Shown in pieces: positions 9,312 to 18,943 of a DNA stretch of 64,000 bases. The DNA comes from Candidatus Calditenuis fumarioli (GTDB lineage: Archaea; Thermoproteota; Nitrososphaeria_A; Caldarchaeales; Calditenuaceae). The stretch lies in NCBI GenBank assembly GCA_030059665.1, contig JANVYR010000001.1, positions 1 to 64,000 on the forward strand, read 5' to 3'. Every line of letters starts with the position of its first letter. The stretch's first letter is position 1. Made by a program: the position numbers and the translations under genes. The notes beneath the pieces are model-generated. The model was not told where the DNA came from, ran no database searches, and saw only the letters and a list, made by a program, of their open reading frames with translations.

Positions 9312-10154
9312 TCAAAAGTTCAGGAGTACAATGCCGCAGAAGACCAATATGGCAGCTGCGAAGTGTTTCAACTTAACGTCCTCCTTGTTCCTTAGGAAGA
9401 TCGAGGCGAGAACAGTTGCGAAGATCGGTGAGCTGCTTACCGCTGGAGCCACAACTATAGCATCTCCTAGGGAGAAGGCCAGTAGTTGGAGAAGCAATGC
9501 CAATGTGGTTATAATACCAACGACTACAGACAACCTGTCCGGTCGAGGAATCAGAAGATTGCGTCCACCTGAGCCCAATGACCTCAAAAGCAGCATGGCC
9601 ACAAGGCTGCCGAATGTAGTCGAGAAAGTTCCGAAGAATGGGTCGCGAAGGGTCATGGAGCCAGCTCTCCTCAGCACGTATGCTGTTCCGTACAGGAACG
9701 CAGCGCCGAATGCTGGCCCAGCCCTTTTCAAGGTCTCGATGGACAGGGGTTGAACTAAAGTCAGAAGGCCAGCAACCACCATGAGGTTCCCGGCGAACCT
9801 GAAGACCGTCAGCTCCTCGCCGAGTAAGAAGAACGCCATGGCGGTGCTGAAAATGGGCGCGGAGTTCGATATCGTCGATGCCGAGGATGCTCCAATCACC
9901 GGTATGCTCCTGTAGTTCAGCACCCTTGCTATCCCCGGTGCCAGCATACCTGATAGTGCGAGGACCCCGAAGCTCCAAAGGTTGTACGATCTGCTAAGCG
10001 CTGCATAAAGCACCGAAGAGGCCAGCAGATTGAACGCGATGCTGAAGTGTACCACATCGATTACGTGCGTTGGATTACCTCTCCTAATGACTACCGCAGA
10101 GAGGCCGTAAAAGAACGCCGACCCAAGACCGATACCTATTGCTAACGACTCCAA
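9312..10154 (-). CDS. EamA/DMT family transporter
   Basis: ~10 hydrophobic helices in a duplicated arrangement, with FLLGEELT and IFLRNKE motifs. Confidence 0.85.
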   Translation of the reverse strand: MESLAIGIGLGSAFFYGLSAVVIRRGNPTHVIDVVHFSIAFNLLASSVLYAALSRSYNLWSFGVLALSGMLAPGIARVLNYRSIPVIGASSASTISNSAPIFSTAMAFFLLGEELTVFRFAGNLMVVAGLLTLVQPLSIETLKRAGPAFGAAFLYGTAYVLRRAGSMTLRDPFFGTFSTTFGSLVAMLLLRSLGSGGRNLLIPRPDRLSVVVGIITTLALLLQLLAFSLGDAIVVAPAVSSSPIFATVLASIFLRNKEDVKLKHFAAAILVFCGIVLLNF

Positions 10155-10179
10155 GAGCGCTCGCCCTAACTGGTGCTCA

Positions 10180-10386
10180 TTAGCTTCTCACAGTTTTCCT
10201 CTCGACCTCGGGAGCTAACCCCTCTTCGGCAGCCAAGTGCCAGAGGGACCAATGCAACATCATATCGGCGTCCTCAAGCGCCTTCCTCAGACCCGGAGCG
10301 TCTGCCAGCTCAATTGCCTTCCAGACGAGCTCCCTTGCCTGCTTTACCAGCCTGACAACCTCTTCCGTGCTACCGCTCATGCTCAT
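10180..10386 (-). CDS. Small helical hypothetical protein (68 aa) coupled to the PaaK-like ligase
   Basis: TGATG 1-nt overlap with the ligase stop; amphipathic helices; DMMLHWSLWHL. Confidence 0.65.
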   Translation of the reverse strand: MSMSGSTEEVVRLVKQARELVWKAIELADAPGLRKALEDADMMLHWSLWHLAAEEGLAPEVERKTVRS

Positions 10387-11747
10387 CAGACCCCCGACGG
10401 GAGGCGCCGCTCCTTCGGCCTGTGATCGAACATCTTCTTCGCCTTCAGCTCGTACCGCGGAAGTGTCCCAGGAGGAACGACCTCGACGTCGAGCCTCACT
10501 CCGATCGCGGCCCTGAGCTCTTCAGCTATCCTCTCGGAGAGGTCCTTGTAGGAATCCCTCGGAACAGACGGATCGGCCTCGACCCTCACCAGCATGTCGT
10601 CCATCCCTCTCTCGTCGAGGCGTATGTGCATCTCCAGGTGCGGCGACGTCCCCGGAACGGACCTGACTATGTTCTCGACTGCCGTCTGGTAGACGTTGAT
10701 GCCCCGTATCTTTACGACGTAGTCCGTCCTTCCCAGGACCGAACCCTTGTAGAGCACCCAGGTGCGCCCGCACTCGCAGGGCTCCGAGTAATGCCACTCG
10801 ACCACGTCCTTAGTCCTGTACTTGATCACCGGTTGGGCCAGCTGTGCGAAGCTCGTGACCACGTTCTCCCCACGCTCCCCTTCGGAGACCAGTTCTCCCG
10901 TCTCGGGGTCGACGACCAGACAGTGGTAATTCGACTCGTTGAGGTGCACGCCGATCTGGGTGGGACACGCAGGCGCTATCGCGCCGACCTCGGCAACCCC
11001 GTAGAGCTCGTAGGCCTTGACGCCGAAGGAGGACTCCAGCTCCTCCCTGAGCTTCGGGAGTGCCGTAGGTCCTGGCTCTCCAGCGCCGTAGAAGTACTTC
11101 AACCCCAGCGACCTGGGGTCAACGCCCATTTTCCTGCAGGTCTCGGCTATGTAAAGGGCGTAAGTGGGGGTGGCGACGAGCACGGTGGGTTTCAGGGCTT
11201 GCATCTGCCTGATCCTGTCCTCCGTGCTTACCCCTCCACCCGAGATCACCTTTGCGCCCAACCTCCTCACCCCCCAGTAGCACGACCAGAAGCCGACATA
11301 CATGCCCCACCCGAAGGCGAAGTAGAACGAGTCCGAAGGTCTGATGCCCACAGCCCAGAAACCGTAAACCCAGTCCTCACCGTACTTGATCGTGTCGTAG
11401 TGCGTGAAGGGGATTCTGAGAGGGGCGCCGGTTGTTCCAGAGGTCTGGAAGACGTGGAGGACGTCGTCGTATTCGCAGGCGAGTGCACCCCCGAACGGCG
11501 GAGACTCGGCCTGGGCAGCCAAGATGTCGTCCTTCGTTACGAAGGGTACCTTCTTGACGAAGTCGTCCATAGTCCTGACGTCATCAGGCTTTACGCCAGC
11601 CTCATGGTATTTCTTATGGTAGAGCTTGGAGTTCTCGTAGGCGTACTTGATGAGCCACCTGATCCTCCTTAAATGCACTCTCTCGAGCTCCTTCCTCGGC
11701 ATGGTCTCCCAGTATTCGTTCCAGAACTGGGCCGTCAGAGATTTCAC
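10386..11747 (-). CDS. paaK: Phenylacetate-CoA ligase (PaaK/F390)-like AMP-forming CoA ligase
   Basis: TSGTTG, TPTYALY, GAGEP, YELYGVAE, KYRTKD, GRTD motifs. Confidence 0.85.
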   Translation of the reverse strand: MKSLTAQFWNEYWETMPRKELERVHLRRIRWLIKYAYENSKLYHKKYHEAGVKPDDVRTMDDFVKKVPFVTKDDILAAQAESPPFGGALACEYDDVLHVFQTSGTTGAPLRIPFTHYDTIKYGEDWVYGFWAVGIRPSDSFYFAFGWGMYVGFWSCYWGVRRLGAKVISGGGVSTEDRIRQMQALKPTVLVATPTYALYIAETCRKMGVDPRSLGLKYFYGAGEPGPTALPKLREELESSFGVKAYELYGVAEVGAIAPACPTQIGVHLNESNYHCLVVDPETGELVSEGERGENVVTSFAQLAQPVIKYRTKDVVEWHYSEPCECGRTWVLYKGSVLGRTDYVVKIRGINVYQTAVENIVRSVPGTSPHLEMHIRLDERGMDDMLVRVEADPSVPRDSYKDLSERIAEELRAAIGVRLDVEVVPPGTLPRYELKAKKMFDHRPKERRLPSGV

Positions 11748-11780
11748 GCCGTTTATTTCAAACGTGCTAAAATTTAGTCA

Positions 11781-11792
11781 TTGTTGCAACAA
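11781..11792. promoter_or_regulatory. Perfect 12-bp palindrome TTGTTGCAACAA in the divergent paaK/hpaB intergenic region (candidate operator)
   Basis: Self-complementary sequence next to the AT-rich promoter element at 11767-11777. Confidence 0.4.
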
Positions 11793-11937
11793 GTTTTGAT
11801 TAATCGTGCATCCCTCTCCTACGCGCGACTAATATGCCCTACAGGGCGTCCGGCGCAGACCAACACGTCCTGAGGACATAAGACCTATGCGTAATCACAC
11901 TTAAAAATTGCCAATAGGGGGGAACTACGCCGCGAAT

Positions 11938-13389
11938 ATGGTCCTGAGATCCGGAAAAGAGTACCTTGAGAGCCTCAAGGACGGCCGGGAGCTCTACATA
12001 GGAAACGAGCTCGTCAAGGACCCAGCCACCCATCCGAAGCTCAGGTACACCGCGCTGAGCGTTGCGAGGTGCTACGACATGCAGATAGCGAAGGCGGACG
12101 AGGTGACCTTCGTCGAGAACGGTGAGCGCTTCAGCAACATCTGGTTGCCCGTGAGGACGAAGGCCGACTTCGAGAGGGTGAGACGTGCAGTCACCCTCTG
12201 GCACGAATCGACGGCCGGAGTCTTCGGCAGGCTCCACGACTACCTCACCATCTGGGTCACCGCGCTCTACATGCTTCACGACGTGCTTGCCAAGCCAGAC
12301 CCGAAGTTCGGCCAGAACATGATCAATTACTACTATTACGCGAGGTCCAGGGATCTGGCCCTGACCCACGCGATCAGCATGCCCCAGATCGACAGGTCGC
12401 CCGGAGCCGGAAGGAAGCAGAACGAGGACCTCCACATCGTGGACGTGAACGACAGGGGCGTGGTGGTGGAGGGGTGCAGAACCGTCAGCACCTACGCTCC
12501 GTTCGCGAACGAGTTCATCACATTACCCCAGCTCCCAGCCAACCCGGACGAGGACCCCGACTACGTCATTGGGTTCGCCCTACCCATGAACACCAAGGGG
12601 CTCGTTTTCTTCTGCAGGGAGGCATACTCCACGCCGGAGGCTCCGTGGGACCACCCGCTGGCGACACTGTACGACGACCTCGACGCCCAGGTCGTCTTCG
12701 ACAGGGTCCTGATACCGTGGGATCGAGTCTTCATCTTCAGGGAACCTAGGGTGAACTTCGAGATATACGACCCGATAATGGCGTATGCGTGCTGGCAGGC
12801 GACCGTCAGGGCAATAGTCAAGTTGGAGTTCATAATTGGACTGGCCCTCAAGTGGGCGGAGATCTTCGGCACCGATTCCTATCCGAACGTGCAGGAGAGG
12901 ATCGGCTGGCTCATAGAGTGGAGGAACGTCCTTTCGGCGGCGATAGAGGGAGTCGAGCTGACGGCCAGGTCCCACAACGGCTTCCTGATCCCCGACGTCT
13001 GGAAGACGTGGCCGCTCGTGATGGTACACGGCACCTACATCTATCCGATGGCCGTCGAGACGCTGAGGGTCCTAACGGGGAGCGGCGTCATAATGAACCC
13101 GCCGTTATCGGTCTACAAGGACGAGAGGCTTAGGAGGTACGTCGAGAGGTACTTCAGGGCTAAGGGAGCTCCGGCACTCGACAGGCTCCTCCTCTCCAAG
13201 TTCATCCACGACATCACGGTAGGAGCTCTGGGAGGACGACTGCTGCAGTACGAGAGGTACTTCGCCGCGGACCCGTTCAGGGTCGCGATAGTCCACTACA
13301 GGTTCTCGGACAAGACGAGGTTCAAGGGCCTGGTCGACAATCAAATGCAGTTCATCAAATCGCTGATGAAAGAGGCCGGAATAGAATAG
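11938..13389 (+). CDS. hpaB: Two-component flavin-dependent aromatic monooxygenase, oxygenase component (HpaB family)
   Basis: LRSGKEYLESLKDGR, GRLHDY, HAISMPQIDRS, DDLDAQVVFDRVLIPWDRVF. ATG 11938 is preferred over TTG 11908. The cognate reductase is adjacent. Confidence 0.85.
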   Translation: MVLRSGKEYLESLKDGRELYIGNELVKDPATHPKLRYTALSVARCYDMQIAKADEVTFVENGERFSNIWLPVRTKADFERVRRAVTLWHESTAGVFGRLHDYLTIWVTALYMLHDVLAKPDPKFGQNMINYYYYARSRDLALTHAISMPQIDRSPGAGRKQNEDLHIVDVNDRGVVVEGCRTVSTYAPFANEFITLPQLPANPDEDPDYVIGFALPMNTKGLVFFCREAYSTPEAPWDHPLATLYDDLDAQVVFDRVLIPWDRVFIFREPRVNFEIYDPIMAYACWQATVRAIVKLEFIIGLALKWAEIFGTDSYPNVQERIGWLIEWRNVLSAAIEGVELTARSHNGFLIPDVWKTWPLVMVHGTYIYPMAVETLRVLTGSGVIMNPPLSVYKDERLRRYVERYFRAKGAPALDRLLLSKFIHDITVGALGGRLLQYERYFAADPFRVAIVHYRFSDKTRFKGLVDNQMQFIKSLMKEAGIE

Positions 13390-13399
13390 GTCGATCGGA

Positions 13400-13924
13400 A
13401 TGGTCCAGGTTCCAATTGCTGAGGTCATAAAGAGGTTCATGAGGGCATATCCTCAGGGGGTCAGCATCGCAACGACTACGTACGACAAGCGGCCCTGGGG
13501 TCTGACGGTCAGCTCATTCACCTCAATATCCCTGGAACCTCCTCTGATAATGGTCTCCATCGCAAAGGGCTCGAAGAGCCACGAAGCGTTCACATCATCA
13601 GACAACTTGGCGGTCAACATGCTGTCGGCGGGTCAGGAGTCGCTGGCTGAGACATTCGCCGGTAAGGTGCCGCAGGAGCAAAGGTTCGAGCAGGTGAAAT
13701 ACCGGTTTGGGAGATCTGGTGCACCCATCCTTTCTGACGCATGCGCATACCTGGACTGTAGGAGATGGAGGGTCTACGAGGCTGGCGATCACAGCATTAT
13801 CCTCGGCGAGGTCATCGACGGAGGAGTTTACGGATCGCCGTTCCCACTAATCTACCACAACAGGAAATACACAACTGTTGCGTCGGCATACGTCGAGTCA
13901 ATGTACGCTCCTGACTTCTGGTGA
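13400..13924 (+). CDS. hpaC: Flavin reductase (HpaC/DIM6/NTAB family)
   Basis: GLTVSSFTSISLEPPL, GDHSIILGEV motifs. Confidence 0.9.
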   Translation: MVQVPIAEVIKRFMRAYPQGVSIATTTYDKRPWGLTVSSFTSISLEPPLIMVSIAKGSKSHEAFTSSDNLAVNMLSAGQESLAETFAGKVPQEQRFEQVKYRFGRSGAPILSDACAYLDCRRWRVYEAGDHSIILGEVIDGGVYGSPFPLIYHNRKYTTVASAYVESMYAPDFW

Positions 13925-13973
13925 GTGCCGCAGAACCTCTAACTTAATAGCAGCCCGGAGCGGTCGGTCCACG

Positions 13974-16088
13974 ATGAGTCTGAGACCCTTCTTCGATCCG
14001 AAGGGGGTGGCCGTTGTCGGCGCTTCGAGGGAGCGCGGCAGGCCGGGATACACGTTGCTGAAGAACCTCATATCGATGGGGTATCGCGGTGCAATATATC
14101 CCGTCAACCCGAACGTCAACGAAATAGACGGTCTCCGATGTTACCCGAGCGTGTCCGAGATCGATGGGGACGTTGAGACGGTGGTGATACTGGTGTCCGC
14201 GGAGAGGGCTGTGAAGGTCGCGGAGGAGGTCGCGGAGCGCGCCAGGAAACGAGGCGACGTGAAGGCCGTCGTCTGCATATCTGGGGGATTCAGCGAGCTG
14301 AACACACCAGAGGGAAGGGAGCGGGAGAGGAGAATGGTCGAGGTCCTTAGGTCGGCAGGCGTCAGGCTCATGGGTCCGAACTGCGTCGGCGTCATCGACT
14401 GCTACAGCAGGTTCACGACGAACTTCGACGTCGACGATTACCCAGCAGGAGGTGTCTCACTGGTGTCCCAGAGCGGCGCGCTTGCAACCGCACTGATCTT
14501 CTGGGCGAGGCCCTTCCAAAAGATCGGCCTGAGCAAGCTCATCTCGATAGGGAACATGGCCGACGTCGATATGGTGGAGTGCCTCGAGTACCTGAAGGAC
14601 GACGAAACGACTAAGGTCATCGGGGTCTACTTGGAGGGCTACAGGGAGCCGAGGAGGTTGTTCGAGAAGATGAGGCAGGTCTCTCAGGTCAAACCCATAG
14701 TCCTGCTCAAGGCGGGACGGTCCGAGGTCGGAAGCAGGGCAGCGCTGAGCCACACGGCCTCGATGACGGGAACCGATGCCCTCTACGAGGCAGCCTCGAA
14801 GCAGTGTGGCGTCATAAGGGTGAGGGACGTCCTTGAGTGGTACGAGGTGATCCACGCGCTGGAGAAGCAGCCCATACCCAAAGGCGGAAGGGTCACCGTG
14901 TTGACGCACATCGGAGGCCCGGGAACGCTTACGGTGGACAGGATAGGCACGAGCAGGCTCCTGACGATGGCGACGATATCTGAGAGGGGCAAATCGACCA
15001 TCAGGTCGATGGTGGCTCCTACGGCAACCGTCTGCAACCCTGAAGGTTACATCGACCTCACTGCCTCCCACACCGAGGAGCTTCACTACAGGGTCCTGAA
15101 GGTGCTCTTCGAGGAGGAATCCGTCGACGCGGTCATACAGGTTCTCGGCCACAGCATGTTCCTCAACCAGAGGCTGATGGCGGAGAAGGTCCACGCCGCC
15201 TTCGAGGAGGCCGGGAAACCGTTGGGTAAGACCTTCCTGAACGTCGTGGCGTTCGATGAGTCCCTCCCCGAGTTCAAGCTCGAGATGGAGAGGAGGGGGC
15301 TGCCCACGTTTCCGACGCCGGAGATCGCGGTCGCGGTTCTGGAGTACATGCTCTGGTACGCCCGAAAGCGGAGAGCGTTAGCGGATGCCCCCCAGATATA
15401 CCCCATACCGGAGCGGTCTGAGGCGAAAGGGTTTGGATCGAAGGCCGTACTCATCGAGAACCAGGCATACCCGATCCTCGAGAGATACGGGATACCGGTC
15501 GCGGAGTACCGGGTGGTCGGCAGCGAGGATGAGGCAGTGGACGCCGCGGAGAAGGTGGGATATCCCGTTGTACTCAAGGCGCAGCATCCCAGGCTCGTCC
15601 ACAAGACCGAGGCAGGGGCCGTGGCCTTGAACCTCCGCGACCCGAGGCAGGTGAGGGAGGCCGCGGAATCGGTCAAGAGGAACGTGATCGCGAAGCTCGG
15701 GGAGGCCCCAACCGGATACCTCGTTCAGCGGATGATCGGGTCTGGAGTTGAGGTGATAGTGGGAGGTCTGAGGGACGAATCCTTCGGGCCGGTCGTGAGC
15801 TTCGGGAGCGGCGGAATTCTCGTCGAGCTGCTCAGGGACGTTACCTTCAGGCTCGCTCCACTCAGCAGGTCAGAGGCCAGGGAGATGGTGGAGGAGACGA
15901 TGGCCTCCAGGTTGCTGAGGGGGTTCAGGGGAGAGCCGGAGAAGGACATCGGCTCCCTCGTGGACCTGCTGATGAAGGTGAGCGATCTGATGGTGAATGA
16001 GAGCTGGATCCGAGAGCTGGACATGAACCCCGTGAAGGTCCTTGAGAAGGGATGCGTCGTGGTGGACGCGAGGATAGTCTCACGGTGA
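13974..16088 (+). CDS. ADP-forming acyl-CoA synthetase (fused alpha+beta, ACD)
   Basis: VAVVGAS CoA-binding fold, GPNCVG, SQSG, SHTASM phospho-His, C-terminal ATP-grasp (GYPVVLK, HKTEAG, LDMNP). The start is taken at ATG 13974. Confidence 0.9.
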   Translation: MSLRPFFDPKGVAVVGASRERGRPGYTLLKNLISMGYRGAIYPVNPNVNEIDGLRCYPSVSEIDGDVETVVILVSAERAVKVAEEVAERARKRGDVKAVVCISGGFSELNTPEGRERERRMVEVLRSAGVRLMGPNCVGVIDCYSRFTTNFDVDDYPAGGVSLVSQSGALATALIFWARPFQKIGLSKLISIGNMADVDMVECLEYLKDDETTKVIGVYLEGYREPRRLFEKMRQVSQVKPIVLLKAGRSEVGSRAALSHTASMTGTDALYEAASKQCGVIRVRDVLEWYEVIHALEKQPIPKGGRVTVLTHIGGPGTLTVDRIGTSRLLTMATISERGKSTIRSMVAPTATVCNPEGYIDLTASHTEELHYRVLKVLFEEESVDAVIQVLGHSMFLNQRLMAEKVHAAFEEAGKPLGKTFLNVVAFDESLPEFKLEMERRGLPTFPTPEIAVAVLEYMLWYARKRRALADAPQIYPIPERSEAKGFGSKAVLIENQAYPILERYGIPVAEYRVVGSEDEAVDAAEKVGYPVVLKAQHPRLVHKTEAGAVALNLRDPRQVREAAESVKRNVIAKLGEAPTGYLVQRMIGSGVEVIVGGLRDESFGPVVSFGSGGILVELLRDVTFRLAPLSRSEAREMVEETMASRLLRGFRGEPEKDIGSLVDLLMKVSDLMVNESWIRELDMNPVKVLEKGCVVVDARIVSR

Positions 16089-17693
16089 AACGACGTCGGG
16101 TCTTACCTCCCTGAGCTTGTACCTCTGGATCTTACCGGTCGCGGTCTTTGGCAACTCCGTGACGAACTCCACCCAGGCGGGAACCTTGAAGCCGACTCCC
16201 AGCTTCTGCTGGACGTGACGCTTTATCTCCTCGGCAAGAGCCTCCCCGGCCGAGTAACCGTCCTTCAGGACGACGTAGGCCTTAGGCCTCCCTATTCCCT
16301 CGGGCGTGTAGCCCTGTACTACAGCGCACTCCAGGACCGCCGGGTGAGAGAGAATGGCAGACTCCACCTCAACCGGTGACACCCATGCTCCGCCCGACTT
16401 GATCAGGTCGTCCGCCCTCCCCATGTGGGTCAGATAACCGTCCCTGTCAGCCACATACAGGTCCCCGGTGTAGAACCACTCGCCGAGGAAGTGCTCCTTC
16501 GTCTTCTCGTGGCGCCTCCAGTACATCGCTGCCATGCTCTTCCCCTTGACGAGCAACCTCCCTATCTCGCCGAAGTCCACCTCGCTCTTCATGTCCTCGC
16601 GAACGAGCTTCACCTCGTATCCCGGAACCACAAGGCCCGTCGAGCCGGGACGCACCTTCCCGGGTCTGTTGGAGATGAATATGTGGCACATCTCCGTGGT
16701 CCCTATTCCGTCTAAGATCTCCTTCCCGAAAACCTCCTTCCACTTCAGGTATATCGGTGCTGGGAGCGCCTCCCCCGCGTTGACGCAGTACCTGATGCTG
16801 CTGAGGTCGTAGGACTTGCCACCGCCGAGCGACGCGAGCATCCTGCTATAGAACACGGGCACGGAGAAAAAGAGCGTGACCTTGTAACGCTCTATTGCGC
16901 TGAAGACTGCCTCGGGGCTCGGTGGGCTGGACATGAGGACGGCGGACGCGCCGAAGTAAAGCGGTGCCCAAACGGTGTTCCCGAGTCCGTACGCGAAGAA
17001 GATCTTGCTCGTCGAGAAGAGGACGTCGCTCTCCGTGACCTGGAGGACGTGCTTGTAGTAGGTCTCACACGAGTAGAGGGGATCGTGCTGATAATGTATC
17101 ACCCCTTTGGGAGGACCCGTGGTGCCCGAGCTGTACTGCCAGTAGCAGAAGTCGTCCTTGTGGAGCTCCTCTGGCTGCAGCTCGCCACTCGCCCTCCTGA
17201 AGACCTCCTCATAGCCGACGAACCTGTCGTTTGCCTCAGGTTTGCCTCCCACCACCACGACCCTCTCGAGGTACCTCATCTTATCGAGGGAGCCCTGGAC
17301 CTTCCCGAGAAGCGACTGGTGAACCACGAGGAGCTTCGCGACGCAGTCGTTGACGACGAACTCGTAGAACTGGGGCTGCTCCAGGGTCGAGAGGAGCACC
17401 GGTTGCGCTCCTATCCTGATGGCCCCCAGCAGCAACTCGACGTACTCGATGGAGTCCGGAAGGAGCAGACAGACCCTGTCCTCTATCTCCACCCCCAGAT
17501 CGAGGAGGGCGTTTCCTGCCTTGCAGACCCTCCCTTTCAGCTCTGCGTACGTGATGGCCTTCCCGCTCTCGACGTGGTAATATGCCACCTTCGCGGCCCT
17601 GCCCTCCCTGAGGTGTCTGTCCACCAGAACGTCGCTAAGATTGAAATATTCCGGTGTTGAAAACTCCACGTCTTCACCCCTCAGGTGGACCAT
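16080..17693 (-). CDS. Benzoate-CoA ligase family AMP-forming ligase 1
   Basis: YSSGTTGPPKGVIH, FFAYGLGN, NAGEALP, DGIGTTE, TGDLY, KTATGKIQR. ATG 17693 is preceded by GGAGG; the ORF is open to 17720. Confidence 0.9.
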   Translation of the reverse strand: MVHLRGEDVEFSTPEYFNLSDVLVDRHLREGRAAKVAYYHVESGKAITYAELKGRVCKAGNALLDLGVEIEDRVCLLLPDSIEYVELLLGAIRIGAQPVLLSTLEQPQFYEFVVNDCVAKLLVVHQSLLGKVQGSLDKMRYLERVVVVGGKPEANDRFVGYEEVFRRASGELQPEELHKDDFCYWQYSSGTTGPPKGVIHYQHDPLYSCETYYKHVLQVTESDVLFSTSKIFFAYGLGNTVWAPLYFGASAVLMSSPPSPEAVFSAIERYKVTLFFSVPVFYSRMLASLGGGKSYDLSSIRYCVNAGEALPAPIYLKWKEVFGKEILDGIGTTEMCHIFISNRPGKVRPGSTGLVVPGYEVKLVREDMKSEVDFGEIGRLLVKGKSMAAMYWRRHEKTKEHFLGEWFYTGDLYVADRDGYLTHMGRADDLIKSGGAWVSPVEVESAILSHPAVLECAVVQGYTPEGIGRPKAYVVLKDGYSAGEALAEEIKRHVQQKLGVGFKVPAWVEFVTELPKTATGKIQRYKLREVRPDVVSP

Positions 17694-17809
17694 ATATCCG
17701 CCTCCGTCACCTGAGCGCATTTGGGTTCTGTTTAAGTTTTTTGCGACACAGTTGATGAGTGTGAAGAAAATATTTTAGGCAGAATGATAAAACCTTCGAA
17801 CGAGCGGAT

Positions 17810-18628
17810 ATGGCGAGAATAGTTGGAGCCTTTGCGACGTCCCACACGCCCCAGATCCTCGTCCAACCCAAGATCTCGGAGGAGTTCACGAGGCAGCTGC
17901 AGGAGGTCCACAAGGCGCTGATGGAGGTGGGGAGAAGAATCAGGGAGGCCAACGCCGACACGCTGATCGTCTTTGGCTCCGACCACATGGAGACCTTCTG
18001 GCTCAACAACTACCCGCAGCTTCTCCTATTCACCGGGACTGAGATCGGAGGGAAGTTCGCCGGCGTCGAACTGAAGTTGCCCGGAAACCCGGACTTGGCT
18101 AAGGAGCTGCTCTACGGGCTGATCGATTACGGCTTCGACGTCTCGTTCTCTCTGGAGCTGGAGCTGGACCACCCGTACATATCGCCGCTGTACTGGATAC
18201 TCAAGGGAGCACAACACGACTCGTATCAGCCCAAGGTAGTCCCCTTCCACATAAACAGCAACGTCGATCCGAGGATAAAGCCGAGGCGGGCCTACGAGCT
18301 CGGTGCGGCCATCAGGACCGTTCTGGAGAACTCCAAGCGGCCGAACAGGGTGGCGCTCATCGCGACGGGCGGACTATCCCACTACGTTGGAACGCCGTAC
18401 TACGGCAAGGTCGACGTCGAGGCGGACAACTTCCTGATTGAGAAGATGAAGGCGGGGAAGGGCTACGAGCTGGCGGACCTCACGACCGACTGGCTCGACG
18501 AGCACGGCGAGTTCGAGTTCAGGACCTGGCTTACCCTGCTGGGCGCGGTGAACAGCGCTCCGGCCGAGATCCTGACGTACCAGAGGGCCTGGCACGCCGG
18601 TTACTGCGTAGCGGCGTTCAAGGTCTGA
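17810..18628 (+). CDS. ligB: Class III extradiol ring-cleavage dioxygenase, catalytic (LigB-like) subunit
   Basis: TSHTP, SDH, LDH, GGLSH, GEFEFRTW reproduce the LigB His/His/Glu Fe ligands and catalytic His residues. Confidence 0.85.
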   Translation: MARIVGAFATSHTPQILVQPKISEEFTRQLQEVHKALMEVGRRIREANADTLIVFGSDHMETFWLNNYPQLLLFTGTEIGGKFAGVELKLPGNPDLAKELLYGLIDYGFDVSFSLELELDHPYISPLYWILKGAQHDSYQPKVVPFHINSNVDPRIKPRRAYELGAAIRTVLENSKRPNRVALIATGGLSHYVGTPYYGKVDVEADNFLIEKMKAGKGYELADLTTDWLDEHGEFEFRTWLTLLGAVNSAPAEILTYQRAWHAGYCVAAFKV

Positions 18629-18639
18629 GGTGAGCTGCA

Positions 18640-18939
18640 ATGGTGATCCTGTACGGCTACCCGGACCCGAAGTACCTGAAGCTGTACAAGCTGGGCAGGG
18701 CGATCCACCTGGACCCTCAGCTCAGGGAGAGGTTCAGGAAGGACCCTGAGAGCGTCATGAACGAGTTCGGGCTGTCGGAGGAGGAGAAGGAGCTCGTCAG
18801 GTCGGCGGACCCGGTCAAGATGTTCAAGGCAGGGATATCGCCGTACACGATCTTCTTCATCTGCTGGGAAGGCTACGGGCTGATGCACAAACCCGTCGAG
18901 GAGCAAATGCTTTACAAGAAGGTGGGCGAATCCCTCTGA
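18640..18939 (+). CDS. ligA: LigA-like small subunit of the extradiol dioxygenase
   Basis: RERFRKDPESVMNEFGLSEEEKELV...M...G..PY matches the LigA pattern; directly follows ligB. Confidence 0.75.
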   Translation: MVILYGYPDPKYLKLYKLGRAIHLDPQLRERFRKDPESVMNEFGLSEEEKELVRSADPVKMFKAGISPYTIFFICWEGYGLMHKPVEEQMLYKKVGESL

Positions 18940-18943
18940 ACTC

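Noticed and set aside
11938-13389. 4-hydroxybutyryl-CoA dehydratase (3HP/4HB cycle)
   Set aside because: Same fold family, but the CxxRC [4Fe-4S] motif is absent and a flavin reductase follows, as expected for HpaB.
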